Of a DNA stretch of 64,000 nt, positions 53,692 through 64,000 are shown one piece after another. Position numbers and translations under genes: made by a program. This stretch comes from Lama guanicoe. Its lineage: Eukaryota. The notes beneath the pieces were generated by a model. That model saw nothing but the letters and a program-made list of their open reading frames with translations. It ran no database searches and was not told where the DNA came from. How positions within the stretch are numbered: the stretch's first letter is position 1; the number at the start of each line of letters is the position of its first letter. The DNA is taken from NCBI GenBank assembly GCA_013239625.1, contig MU056963.1:3874441-3938440 (forward strand). The letters run 5' to 3'.

Positions 53692-54655
53692 GCAACCACA
53701 AGAGGGTGGAGCTGCCATGGAATCCTTAAATTTCTAACAACTCCTTGTACTAACACAGTATTAACTTTATCAACAGAGCCCATTATTCTATGAATATGGG
53801 GTGCATGTAGATGATGCTTTACAAAAATTCAGCCATTATATATATATTGATTTTCCAAAACACCACCTTTAGATATGCTAAGACTGTAAGTGGTAAAATT
53901 ACAACAGCTCTACAGATTGGAAAGCTCTGAAATAATCTCCCTTGCAGTTTACTTAAAATATTTTATTGTTAATTAGGATGGAAAGTGAAACTGCCTGCTA
54001 AACTAGCTAAGAAATTTATGAACCTTATAAAAGGATTTCTCCATTTTTTTTTTTTAACTGGGTGAAGTCAAACCATGATAGGATTTCAGCCTACGGAAGC
54101 TACCATCTGAAATGGATCAATTTGCTTATTATACCTGTAGGTATAAATGTCGTACACAGTGCAAACCTGTCAGTTCAGATAGCTTGTATGGTAACAACAT
54201 GCTTTCTTATTTATAGGCTCTCCTCTTGCTGGACCACCTCTGTGTCCTCATCAACTTCTTTTTTAAAAAAGGATGGATATGCAGCCTGATAATTCAAGGG
54301 TTTTTACATACAGATCCCACTGCTAATTAGTATGCTGCACGATCATTTTTTTTTCTCTCAACAGGTTTGTTGACTCTAGACTTACTGGTTTGTATTTAAG
54401 TTGCATCAAGTTGAATTTTCAATTATTATCTGAAAACAATAAAGAGACTACAACCTCTCACGATCAGTTTGTCTTGTTCTTCCAAACCTGGCTGGCACCG
54501 TCTTTCACTGTTTTGAAAGTATTTAGGAACTTATCTTTCCAATTCTCCATGTAAAAGGAGTGAGCAGTGATCAACTTCAGTTTACTGTTGATCTGTTCAA
54601 AACATCTTGTCAACAGAGGAGTTTGGCATCTTATCACTTCACTCTGATATACATC

Positions 54656-54789
54656 TGTAGTGGGTTGAATTATCTTTCCCCAAAAGATACAATGTTTACA
54701 GCCTAATCCCTATGAATGTGACCTTATTTGGAAAGAAGGTTTTTGCAGATATAATCAAGTTAAGATGAGGTCTTATTGGATTAGAGTGT
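54656..54789 (+). mobile_element. MLT1B/C LTR 5' fragment
   Basis: tgtagtgggttgaatt...ccccaaaagata...gaatgtgaccttatttggaaa...tttgcagatataatcaagttaagatgaggtc. Confidence 0.85.
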
Positions 54790-55719
54790 TATCTATGACA
54801 TCATTTAGGAGTTGCCTTTATGTCATTTGTGCTCAAAGATTTAGGTGGCTATCTAGATGTCTTGGTTAACAGCTTTCTATTGAAAATAAATTGACTTTAT
54901 TTGGAATGTCTATAATTCTTGGGGATATAAAAGAATAAAATGTTACTTATTCATAAAAACATTCCCTTACGGTACTTTGTAAAAAAGCTCATTTCCTTGG
55001 ATTTGCATATTCTGAGCATCAGCATTTTGACCTTGATAATTAAGCAGTGCCTACCCAGCTGTGGTATCTACAACCAAGGATTTCATAAAGGGAATCAAAA
55101 CTTTCACTGCAAATGACTGAATGAGCCATACTGAGAAGAAAAAAATTGAATTGAGAAGATATTGGAGAACAGATTGTTTTGTGGACACTGTTTTGTGTCA
55201 AAGATTTTTGCAGTCTTCTCTAAATCAAATATTTTAATATGTAGGTTTATATATGAACCATACAATGGAAATGGTTGGTCCTGAAACTAACCTTAATTTC
55301 TTTCTCAGTGGATGTGATTAAAATCTGACAAGTATGGCCCAGAGAAAAGCCTCCATTCCCTTCCGATCTGATCTGGACCCATTTTATCTTCACCCCATGC
55401 TGCTCGGGTCCTCTGCCACCTGCCAAGTGTGCTCCCCTTGTGTTTCTATTCTTCAACTGCTGGCACTCGATTCCTGCTTAGACACTTGCTTAGTGTATTT
55501 ACATACAAAATTTTCAAACGGCTAATTCCTGTATCAAGCTTTTCCTCCTTCCCATACCACAGAAAATGTTGCCTGCATGGTACCACGGCTTTCTACTCCC
55601 TTCCTAACCAGAACATTGAGCTACCTGTACTCTGCAGCAATCCATCTGCAGCTGTATGAAGACAGGGGATTTTTCAATTCTGTGGAAGACAGTATTATTT
55701 GTTTACAATTTGTCCTTTG

Positions 55720-56108
55720 CTCTCCACTGTTACTGTTGTTTCTCTGACACTCAGCTAGGTCACCTAGTTTTTTGTGGCCAATGGAACATGGGCAGAAGTG
55801 ATACATACCACTTCCAACCCAAGGGTTTAAGAGTCCTCATAAGTTTCACCAGCTCCTTGCCTTCTTGTATCCACTATAAGAAGAGCACACTTGGGTAGCT
55901 GCTGGTTCCAGAGGAGGACACTTTAAGACCAGATCTTAACCCAACCTACAGCCTGGAGCCAAGCTCAGCCCAACCAAGGACAGCAGAGCCCATCAGAGTC
56001 ACTGGACCTTTAGATCAATGAGCGAGAAATAAATGTTTGTTGCAAACCACTGAGAGTTGGGGAGTTATTTGTTACACAGCATTATTTCAGCAAAACCTAA
56101 CTAAAACA
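55720..56108 (+). mobile_element. MLT1H/I-like LTR
   Basis: tggccaatggaacatgggcagaagtga...aataaatgtttgttgcaaaccactgagagttgggg...ttgttacacagca. Confidence 0.75.
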
Positions 56109-58129
56109 GACACCTTACAGTAGGAAGTTTCTTTCCAAATATGGATCAAGCCAAAAATAGATGTCCCACTGGGAAGTATCATGATGAAAATATGCCAGTA
56201 AAGCTACAACATTTAAACTACTGGAAGTGGTCATTCTAAACCTCTGTTTAATAATGTCCTACCTAAATTGTTTTACTCCAAACTCTATTTTCATTCACCC
56301 ACAGGATACAGATTAGCAGTTAGGAGCTTCATAGAACCCTTCATTTCATCACGTAAGACAACAAAAAAAGAGTCAACTAATAGTCTACCAGCACTTTGAT
56401 AAACTATGGAAGCAAGTCTTAGTGGGCTAGAAGTGTCCAAAATAAAATATCAGGCACAGAAATTAACCTGCTATGGCCGCATACAAGGGTATAGCCGTTT
56501 ACTTGACTTCTAGTGCCCTAATAATCCACGGGGGTTTTGGATACCTGCTACTTTTTCATTGCTCACTATCTATTTTATATTCTTGGTTTCTTTTGGGAGC
56601 ATTACCTCTCCCCCACTGGGTCAGAGGTCCTGTCTTCCCTTCACCGAGCTAGACAAACCAGACATTGCTTTTTTCAGAATTGAATCATGAAACACGTGAG
56701 GCAAACACTGAAAATAGCTGGAGAAAATTAACTTGAGAGCTCAGCCTGGGTAAGACTGTACAGATATTTCTGCCACCAGGACCCCCTGGAGCTGCCCAAT
56801 TTTTGTCTGCTCCAAGGCTGATGGTTGGACCTTCTCTCCAAACCTGTGTGTTCACCCTCAACTTTCAAGAAAGTCCTTTATATTGTATACTGGTCAGAAT
56901 TGGTATCCATTGCTTGCAAACAAATTGCCCAGAGTGGCACCCAGAGTAAACATGAGAACTTTGAGGCATTTAGACAAGACAAGGAGGGGAGAGTTAGTGG
57001 AAGACCATCTCTAGCTAAGAAAGGATCAGCCCTGTGTCAGCTTTACTGACAGATTTGTGTTTACTGATGAGACCCAAAAATGAAAGCATCGCTGAAAATC
57101 ATCAACCCACTGAAAGATACAACAGATATTACTTCTCTTGAAAAGGTACAATTATCCAAACTCTCCTTCCAGAAAAAGAAGTCAATGAATGTATGCAAAC
57201 AGCATGGCAGTCACTAGTGTTTTAGAAAATAAGCTTTTAAAGACAGATTATGTTGGCCAGCTAATCATTTGAACAGAATTAAATCAAGCATTCGTCTCTT
57301 GGACTTCAAAGCACATCAAAGGCCTCTGCCTAGGACCACTCCATGGCCACTTCAGATGAGGTCCTGGAAATCCACGTGACTTCCTGGTGTGCAAAGCTGC
57401 ACTTCTAGGAAGTTCATGAGCCAGCTGGACCTTTTGAGGATCCAAGAGGGAAATTTGTAAGGTCTAACCCACAAATGGGTTGTATCTTTTTAAAATTCTG
57501 CAATAAAACATTTTAAGTTAAACTGAGTTTTTCATATATCTCAATGTATCCTCAAATCATTTCTTTAGTTTTAGTTATACCATTTTGAAAATTGTATTTT
57601 CTCTAAAACTACTTAATTTCAAGTTCTAGTATTCATGCTCTTTATTTTATCAACTCAGGTGATTTCTCTTTCTAATCTTTAATTTCTCTGAATTATAGAG
57701 ACCTTTTAAAAGAGCTCTTTAAGAAACCAAGCCTGACCTACCACTTAAAACCACCTTGAAGATATAAGAGAGATCATACGCTCAGCCAAGCCAAGTGACA
57801 GCCTGTCTGATTTTCAGACGCACTGACATCCCTGCAAACCAGCTCTCTTGCCATCAATCTCCACCTGCACAAACACTGCGAGCGCATCCTTAATTTTCTC
57901 AACTAACTTATCAGCAGCCCCATTAATATTCTAAATTATCCTCTCTGGAAGACAAATTGCCTTGCTATTTGTCTTCTTTAAATATTTCAAGCGGCCTCAA
58001 GTCTTCTGCTATCAAGTTTTGGTGTATAATCTTTTGTTCACTCTCCCACCAAACCTGGGTCCTCCTGCATTTCCAAGGCTAATGATCACATGAGAGCTGT
58101 GCCTGTAGGTATCCAGGAGCCTACTTGTT

Positions 58130-58530
58130 CTTCCAGTGAGTATTTCTGGAGCTCCCACTGTGTACCAGGCAATCTCAGCAATTTCAGAGATACAAAGTAA
58201 AGAGCCCCCACCCTCCTGGAGGTGGCAATTCTAGTGGATGGAGACCAACATTAAACAAACCATTCAGTTAAACTTAAGAGTATGGCTCTGTCCCTACACG
58301 TGCTTTAGAAAAAAAAAATAATGCAGGGCAGGGGGATGGAGAACGCTGAGCATGGTGGAGATTGCAATTTTAAATAGAACAGTGACTGAAAACTTCACTG
58401 AGAAGGTGACATTTCAGCAAAGTTCTGAAAAGGATGAGGCAACGACCCACAGAGTTAGATGGGGAAAGAATTTTTAGACCAAGGGTATCAAACGTGCTAA
58501 AGCCCTGGAAGTGGAGTTTGTGGTTATGTT
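58130..58530 (-). mobile_element. L2a-like fragment
   Basis: ccactgtgtaccaggca...cttcactgagaaggtgacattt...tgctaaagccctgga. Confidence 0.75.
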
Positions 58531-59078
58531 GCACCCCAGTTGATTTCCTAGTACCATTTTCTCCCTTCATTCTGTAACTGCCTCTGTTAAAGCCATCTCA
58601 GATGAGGGAATCTCATGGCACAGCCTATTCAAGTCTTTAATAGGAAAGTTTATCTTTTCATAGGTTCTTATCTTCCTGAGATTTCATGAGCTATATTACC
58701 AGTAATTTAGTCTATAAAATTTAAGAAAACCTCAGTTATTCACAGATTTTTTGGAACACATCTAGAATCCCAGCCTTGATAAATAAAAAACTCTAGTCAC
58801 ATAAATCTTATTTAACCAATAAGGGAAGATGCCTATTTCCAATATCCAAAACCTGAACACAAGAGCTGTAACTCATCAGACCCCTCCGCGAGAGCAAAAT
58901 GCTTCAGAGCACCTCTCTCTTGCTGCTAGAGGCCTTTTGAGAGAAGCCAGGAAGAAGGTATGGTCTTTTTACCCTTGATGGAAAGAACCCAAAGAAAAAA
59001 GAGTGACGTTTCAAACCTCTTTATCAGCATTTCCCCTAAATCAGTTTGAATAGTAGGCATTCTCACCACCGTAGCTAA

Positions 59079-59484
59079 TGTCAAAAAAAAAAAAAAAGAC
59101 AACTGGCCCAAAATAGAGTTCCTCATGCCAAGCCCCCATCACCAAATCGAGACTGAATTACAGTTAGAGCTCTCTCGTAAGTGGAATCTTAAGCCAGTCC
59201 ATCAGGAATCACCCAATCAGCCGTTAGGTAACCTGCCTGGTAGGCCCCTGCCGTCCCCTAAAGGAAAGTACCTTGCAACAACCAACCTGCTTTGCAACAA
59301 CCAATCTGCTTTTTCTCTAGTAAATTCCTCATTTCCATTCCTTTCTGGCTATAAAAGTCTCTCATTTTGTATAGATTTTCAGAGCTCCTTTCTATCTGCT
59401 AGATTGGATGCTGCCTCATTCAAACTGATTGCTGCTCAAAAAAACTCTTAAAATTTGTGATGTGTATCAGTTTCTCTTTTAACA
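59079..59484 (+). mobile_element. 5' LTR of a class I (MER4-group-like) ERV
   Basis: TG...CA termini; CCAAT ~59213; TATAAAA 59350; followed directly by a PBS-like sequence. Confidence 0.85.
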
Positions 59485-59488
59485 GTTC

Positions 59489-59506
59489 TGGTTTCAGAAG
59501 AGAGAA
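59489..59506 (+). promoter_or_regulatory. Degenerate primer-binding site, tRNA-Leu-like
   Basis: TGGTTTCAGAAGAGAGAA versus the tRNA-Leu(CAA)-type PBS TGGTGTCAGAAGTGGGAT (4 mismatches), 4 nt after the LTR. Confidence 0.6.
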
Positions 59507-60649
59507 CTGAAGGAGACCCCTAACCGCCCCCAGAAGCAGCAAGCAATCAGCCATGGGACCCCGTGGAGCCCCTGAACTCACTGCTTTCTCGCTGCCTCTG
59601 GAGGTCATGGGTAAGTCCCTCTGGACCCTAGCTCTGCAGTTCTGTGTTATAAGCTTGTAGACTTTATTAGAGCATTTCTTTTTCCAGTCTGGGTCTGGAA
59701 ACCAGCTGGCTTTGGACTGGGTCCAGGGTCAAACTGGATCCCACTTAGAAACCAGACTGAATCTGGGGAGGACTGGGTCCAGTGTGAGGACTCAGGTGAA
59801 AAAAATATGTTTTGAGGCTGAGCAAGCAGGTTAACCTTAACAAAGATAATCCTGAATTACAGTAACCACAGTAGAGAATTTTAACCCAGATAAGACTGTC
59901 TGTTTATGAGACACCCCAGAGAAAAATAGGCCTTGGCCAACCACTCAGCATAAAAGGTAGAGGAAAAAGTATTCTTCCTTCTCTGTAATTTCTGACGAAA
60001 GGAAGCCCCCTCTCTGCAGAACCTGTAGACAGGATCCTGGGAAAACTGGCAGAAGCCAGCTAAGGATGGGAATTCTTACCAAAGTCAGATCTCCCAGATT
60101 TCTATCTGTGTTGCTTGGTTGAGAGAGGAAGGTAAAATTTCACGTTGGTCCCTCCTTTCCAAATTCAGATTGACAAACCAAAAAAAACAAATCAACTAAG
60201 AATTAAATCTTTGAATTGTGACTCTTGAATTGCTTTTAGATACTCACTGGTTGTCAATCTTTACTCTCCCAGGGACGGCTATTGCCACCTGGTTTGTCTC
60301 CTTTTGTGTCCTGAGAACTTGGCTTAGCAACTGTCAGTCTGGGGGTCCCAAAAATATGGCTAGGCAGAAATATGGGTTACATTCCTTGCAGCTAGGGTCC
60401 AGCTGACTGTTGCCAGCTCTCAGGGAGTCATCTTGAGTATTTCTTTGTTTTATTCTTGGGACTGGCTGTGGATCTTGAGATGGTAGTGTATTTTGCACAC
60501 TCTTTGCAGAGTCTAATTCAATACTGCCAGGAATATTTACTATTTGTCCTGGTTGAAACCCGACAAAATATTTGAAAGGTTATTTTAAAGTAGCTCTGTG
60601 ATCAGAAGTTAGCCAAATTGGAAGCTGACGTTCAGAGACTGAAAGGAAA

Positions 60650-60770
60650 TTTATTTTTTATTTCTTAAAATTATTTTGGAGGAAGAGTAATTAGGTTTAT
60701 TTATGTATTTATTTATTTTTAATAGAGGTACTGGGGGTTGAATCCAGGACCTTGTGCATGCTCTTCCCCC
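60650..60770 (-). mobile_element. Vic-1-type SINE, internally deleted (A-box region missing)
   Basis: gtaattaggtttattt...gaggtactgggggttgaatccaggaccttgtgcatgct joined directly to cttccccc. Confidence 0.8.
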
Positions 60771-60954
60771 AGGGGCTTTACTTGTTAGGGGCCTTCTCCC
60801 CTAAACTAAAATGAAACTATGTACCTAGGGGCAAGAAAAGCATTATGAAGTCTTTGTGGAAGGATTCACAGAAACATACTGAAGACAAACAGCTCTAAAT
60901 CTATAATATAGAAATCTCTAGATTTCCATTTCAGTTGAAGATCTCCTTGATATA

Positions 60955-61710
60955 AAAAAATAAACTGATAAATGCTGGAGACAGTGTGGAGAAAAGGGAA
61001 TCCTCCTACACTGTTGGTGGGGATATAGTTTGGTGCAACCATTATGGAAAACAGCATAGAGATTCCTCAAAAAACTAAAAATAGCCTTACCATAGGATCC
61101 ATCAATCTCACTCCTGGGCATATATCTGGAGTGAATTCAAATTCAAAACAATACATCCACCCCAGTGTTCATAGCAGCACTATATACAATAATCTAGACG
61201 GAAACAACCTAAATGTCCATCAACAGATGACTGGATCAAGGAGACGTATACAATGCAATACTACTCAGCCATAGAAAAGAATAAAATAATGTCATTTGAC
61301 ACAACATGGATGAAGATCGTCATTCTAACTGAAGTAAGCCAGAAAGAGAAAGAAAAATACCAAATGATATCACTCATATGTGGAATCTGAAAAAAGAAAA
61401 AAGAACTCATCTACAAAACAGAAACAAACTCACAGACAAGGTAAACAATCTCATGGTTACCAGGGGGAAAGGGGATGGGAAGGGACAAATTTGGGAGTTC
61501 GAGATCTGCCAATATTAACCACTATACATGAAAACAGATTTTAAAATTTTTGTTCTGTATAGCACAGGGAACTATATTCAATATCTTGTAATAACATTTA
61601 ATGAAAAAGAATATGAAAATGAATATATGTATGTATATGTATGACTGGGACATTGTGCTGTACACCAGAAATTGACACATTATAATTGACTCTACTTCAA
61701 TTTTTAAAAA
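60955..61710 (+). mobile_element. Relatively young 5'-truncated L1 (cetartiodactyl/camelid-type 3' end)
   Basis: ataaatgctggaga...gagaaaagggaatcctcctacactgttggtggg; 3' UTR ctgtatagcacagggaactatattcaatatcttg...ctgtacaccagaaattgacacattataattgact. Confidence 0.9.
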
Positions 61711-61860
61711 GGGGGGTGGGTATAGCTCAGTGGTAGAGTGCATGCTTAGCATGTACGAAGTCCTGGGTTCAATCTCCAGTATCTCCATAATAAATAAATA
61801 AACAAACCTAATTACTTCACACACACACACACACACAAAGAACAGAAAGGAAAAAAAAAA
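61711..61860 (+). mobile_element. Vic-1-type tRNA(Ala)-derived SINE with (CA)n and A tail
   Basis: gggtatagctcagtggtagagtgcatgcttagcatgtacgaagtcctgggttcaatctccagtatctcca; A box TAGCTCAGTGG, B box GGTTCAATCT; tail aaacctaattac. Confidence 0.9.
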
Positions 61861-64000
61861 GAAACTGAAGATAAAGTAGTTGTATCAGTGAGTCAGCCTC
61901 CATATCATTTGCGTTGCAACCCAATTCTTTGAGGAGTTAAGAACAACTGTACTTGTCTTATAAATTGAGTCTTTCAAGGAACAGAAATACAGTTCTAGAA
62001 ACAATTCAAAGCCCACTTATCCTTCTTACCAATCCCCAAACCTCCCCTACTCATCTCAAAAGGCTTGCAGATACTGTGAACTACCTGGACTTATGGAACA
62101 CAAGTCCTACCAGGTAGAACCTGCATTCTTTCTTGTTGCCTTTTGAGATGTAAGTATTCTACCTGGTCTTCTCTAGGAACCAAGGGAATTCTTACCAGAA
62201 GGATTGGGGGGAAAAGAAAGGTCATTTTAAAAACCAGGCCGATGAAAAAATCTTAAAGATAGCTTTAGTAAATATTAATAAAAAGTTTCAGCCACGTGAG
62301 CAAGTAACCTTATTTCATCTGACAGAAACACAATTTGGATCCAACTATTTTTTTTATGAACTAGTGAGTTTTGTATTATCATACCCATCTTATGGCTTAA
62401 TTTTTAAATCAATACTGTAAGATCTGTTTGCATCTGTCTGTATGTTTATGTATGTCTAGGTTTGTATGTTATAAATGTGTGATTTTTCTACCTTTAGATG
62501 GAATTACCAAAATTAATTTGTAAAGAATGCTATTTAATGGGCTTAAAGACAAACAAGCATTTCTATAAATCAAGTATACTCCCAAAAATATAGAAACTAA
62601 CCCAAATGTTTTTCAAGTTCATGTGATCTAGGACAATCTGTAGTTATCGGTAAATAAAAGGTAGTTTAAGTTCGTTGGTTTAATTAAAATAGACACGTCT
62701 TTAGAGTTATCAGCATTAAATATAATACTTTTATTTCAACTGGGTTTACTAATACTCAAATAATCTCATGTTGTCTCTATCATAAAAATTGTCAGCGAGG
62801 AAGATTACTTAAGACGATGGTTAGCTGTTTAATGCCTCATCAAGTTTTTGTGACTAATCTCAACATATCTGTTAAGAACAAGTGAATTAAATAGATGTAA
62901 ACAAGATAAAAGTTTGTAAATAAACTTTTCAACAATAATTATGCTTTATAGTATGTCTACCTAAAAATAGTTTCCAAAGTCTTTTTGGTAACTTGAAACC
63001 TTAAAGATATATTGAGGTAAATTAAATGATGGGTATTTATTGAATATCTAGATTATTTTTAAATAATATAAAATACTAAAACATTAATTACTGAACACAA
63101 GTTTATTTACTTGTGGCTTCCTTTTATAGAGGAACTAAAACTACTTGGGTTTATTAGTAAACATGTTTTGTGCCTCATTGAAAAATGTATTATGAGGAAT
63201 AATATACTTTTAGAAATTATGAAGCATATGATATATTTATCAATCCACAGAATGCTAGTGCAAAACAGTCCTCAATTACTTCTTATTTTTCACTAGGAAT
63301 TAAGTATGCTAAAGGTTAAGAATGCTAACCAATACATGTAATTGAAACTACTTAGAAATAGTAATAGTGAAAAGGAAACAATTTAAGAAAAGTAGGTAAG
63401 GAAAGTAAAATGACTGGTTGTTCCAAAATGAGAAAAAAGGATTTTAAAAATGGGACAAATTTTGAATGTATATAAAAAAGTCATAGAAGGCTTATGGGAA
63501 AGGAATTTTATGTGTGGTCAAGCTGACTAAGATTAGAATGGATTTAAGTTTTTAAATAATGAGTTTAAATATCCAAAGTACACGGGTGCAAAACTAGAAT
63601 TTGGTTTTCTCTGTTAAAAGAACAATTTTTCTTTGGACTATTGGTTTTCTCTTGATGAGAGATTACAGAAGTTTTTTTCGTTTTGACCTTTTGGGTAATC
63701 TACTTGGAATACAAAGATTTTGTGTCTAACCAAAATAATTTACTGTATTTTACATTGTCTTTATCAGATACTTTCATTACTTAAAAAAACCCAGTCCTCT
63801 CAATATTAAAATAGCTAAGTTTTGTTCACAACTATGTAACCTTCTTTATTTGCTTTTAAATTTTTCTATTGTCACTTTTGTTAAATAGATAATTAAATAT
63901 TATTTCATAATAATCTGTGACCTTATTTTCTCAAATGTTTACCTTTTGATATTTTGACAACTTCCCAAAATCAAATCCTAAATAGAGACCTTCTGACTCC

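Larger units (their letters stand above)
59485..64000 (+). mobile_element. Non-coding, AT-rich class I ERV internal region (MER4/MER57-int-like), continuing past the window end
   Basis: PBS; major splice donor ATGG|GTAAGT at 59611; AT-rich internal motifs (caagttcatgtga...gttggtttaattaaaatagac...gttatcagcattaaatataat). No intact gag or pol seen. Confidence 0.75.

Noticed and set aside
54129-54146. Palindrome ttatacct-gt-aggtataa
   Set aside because: 8-bp arms are expected about once by chance in AT-rich DNA of this size.
61711-61790. tRNA-Ala gene
   Set aside because: It carries a SINE-specific tail and has related copies elsewhere in the window, so it is a SINE rather than a functional tRNA.
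1-64000. Prokaryotic-type systems (CRISPR arrays, operons) or an intact host or domesticated gene
   Set aside because: The sequence is mammalian repeat-rich DNA with no long intact ORF, repeat-spacer array or recognisable host exon.

Overview
Repeat-dense, AT-rich mammalian genomic DNA (intergenic or deep intronic). It is most likely camelid, based on three copies of a tRNA-derived SINE matching the camelid Vic-1 type and a young cetartiodactyl-type L1 3' end. I recognise no host protein-coding gene, and nearly all ORFs in the track are chance or lie in decayed repeats. Most of the window is interspersed repeats: L2, MIR, HAL1, L1M/L1MC/L1MD/L1ME, MaLR MLT1 LTRs, MLT2, hAT-Charlie, Tigger MITEs and class I ERV LTRs. 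The main structures are: (i) a decayed class I (MER34/epsilon-like) provirus at ~13.1-17.0 kb whose gag MHR is joined directly to the RNase H tether, with no protease, RT, env or 5' LTR; (ii) an apparently complete LTR-internal-LTR MLT1J-type MaLR provirus at ~46.2-49.0 kb with a remnant ORF and a nested MLT1 LTR; (iii) a class I ERV starting at 59079 and running off the window end, carrying nested SINE and L1 insertions; (iv) a solo LTR with a perfect 4-bp TSD and a GATA/TEAD motif cluster. Two splice-flanked, phase-compatible open frames in unique DNA (26153-26284 and 54365-54554) are speculative exon candidates. There is a 150-N assembly gap at 32886-33035. Subfamily names come from recalled consensus motifs, not a database search. 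I find no convincing novel biological system.
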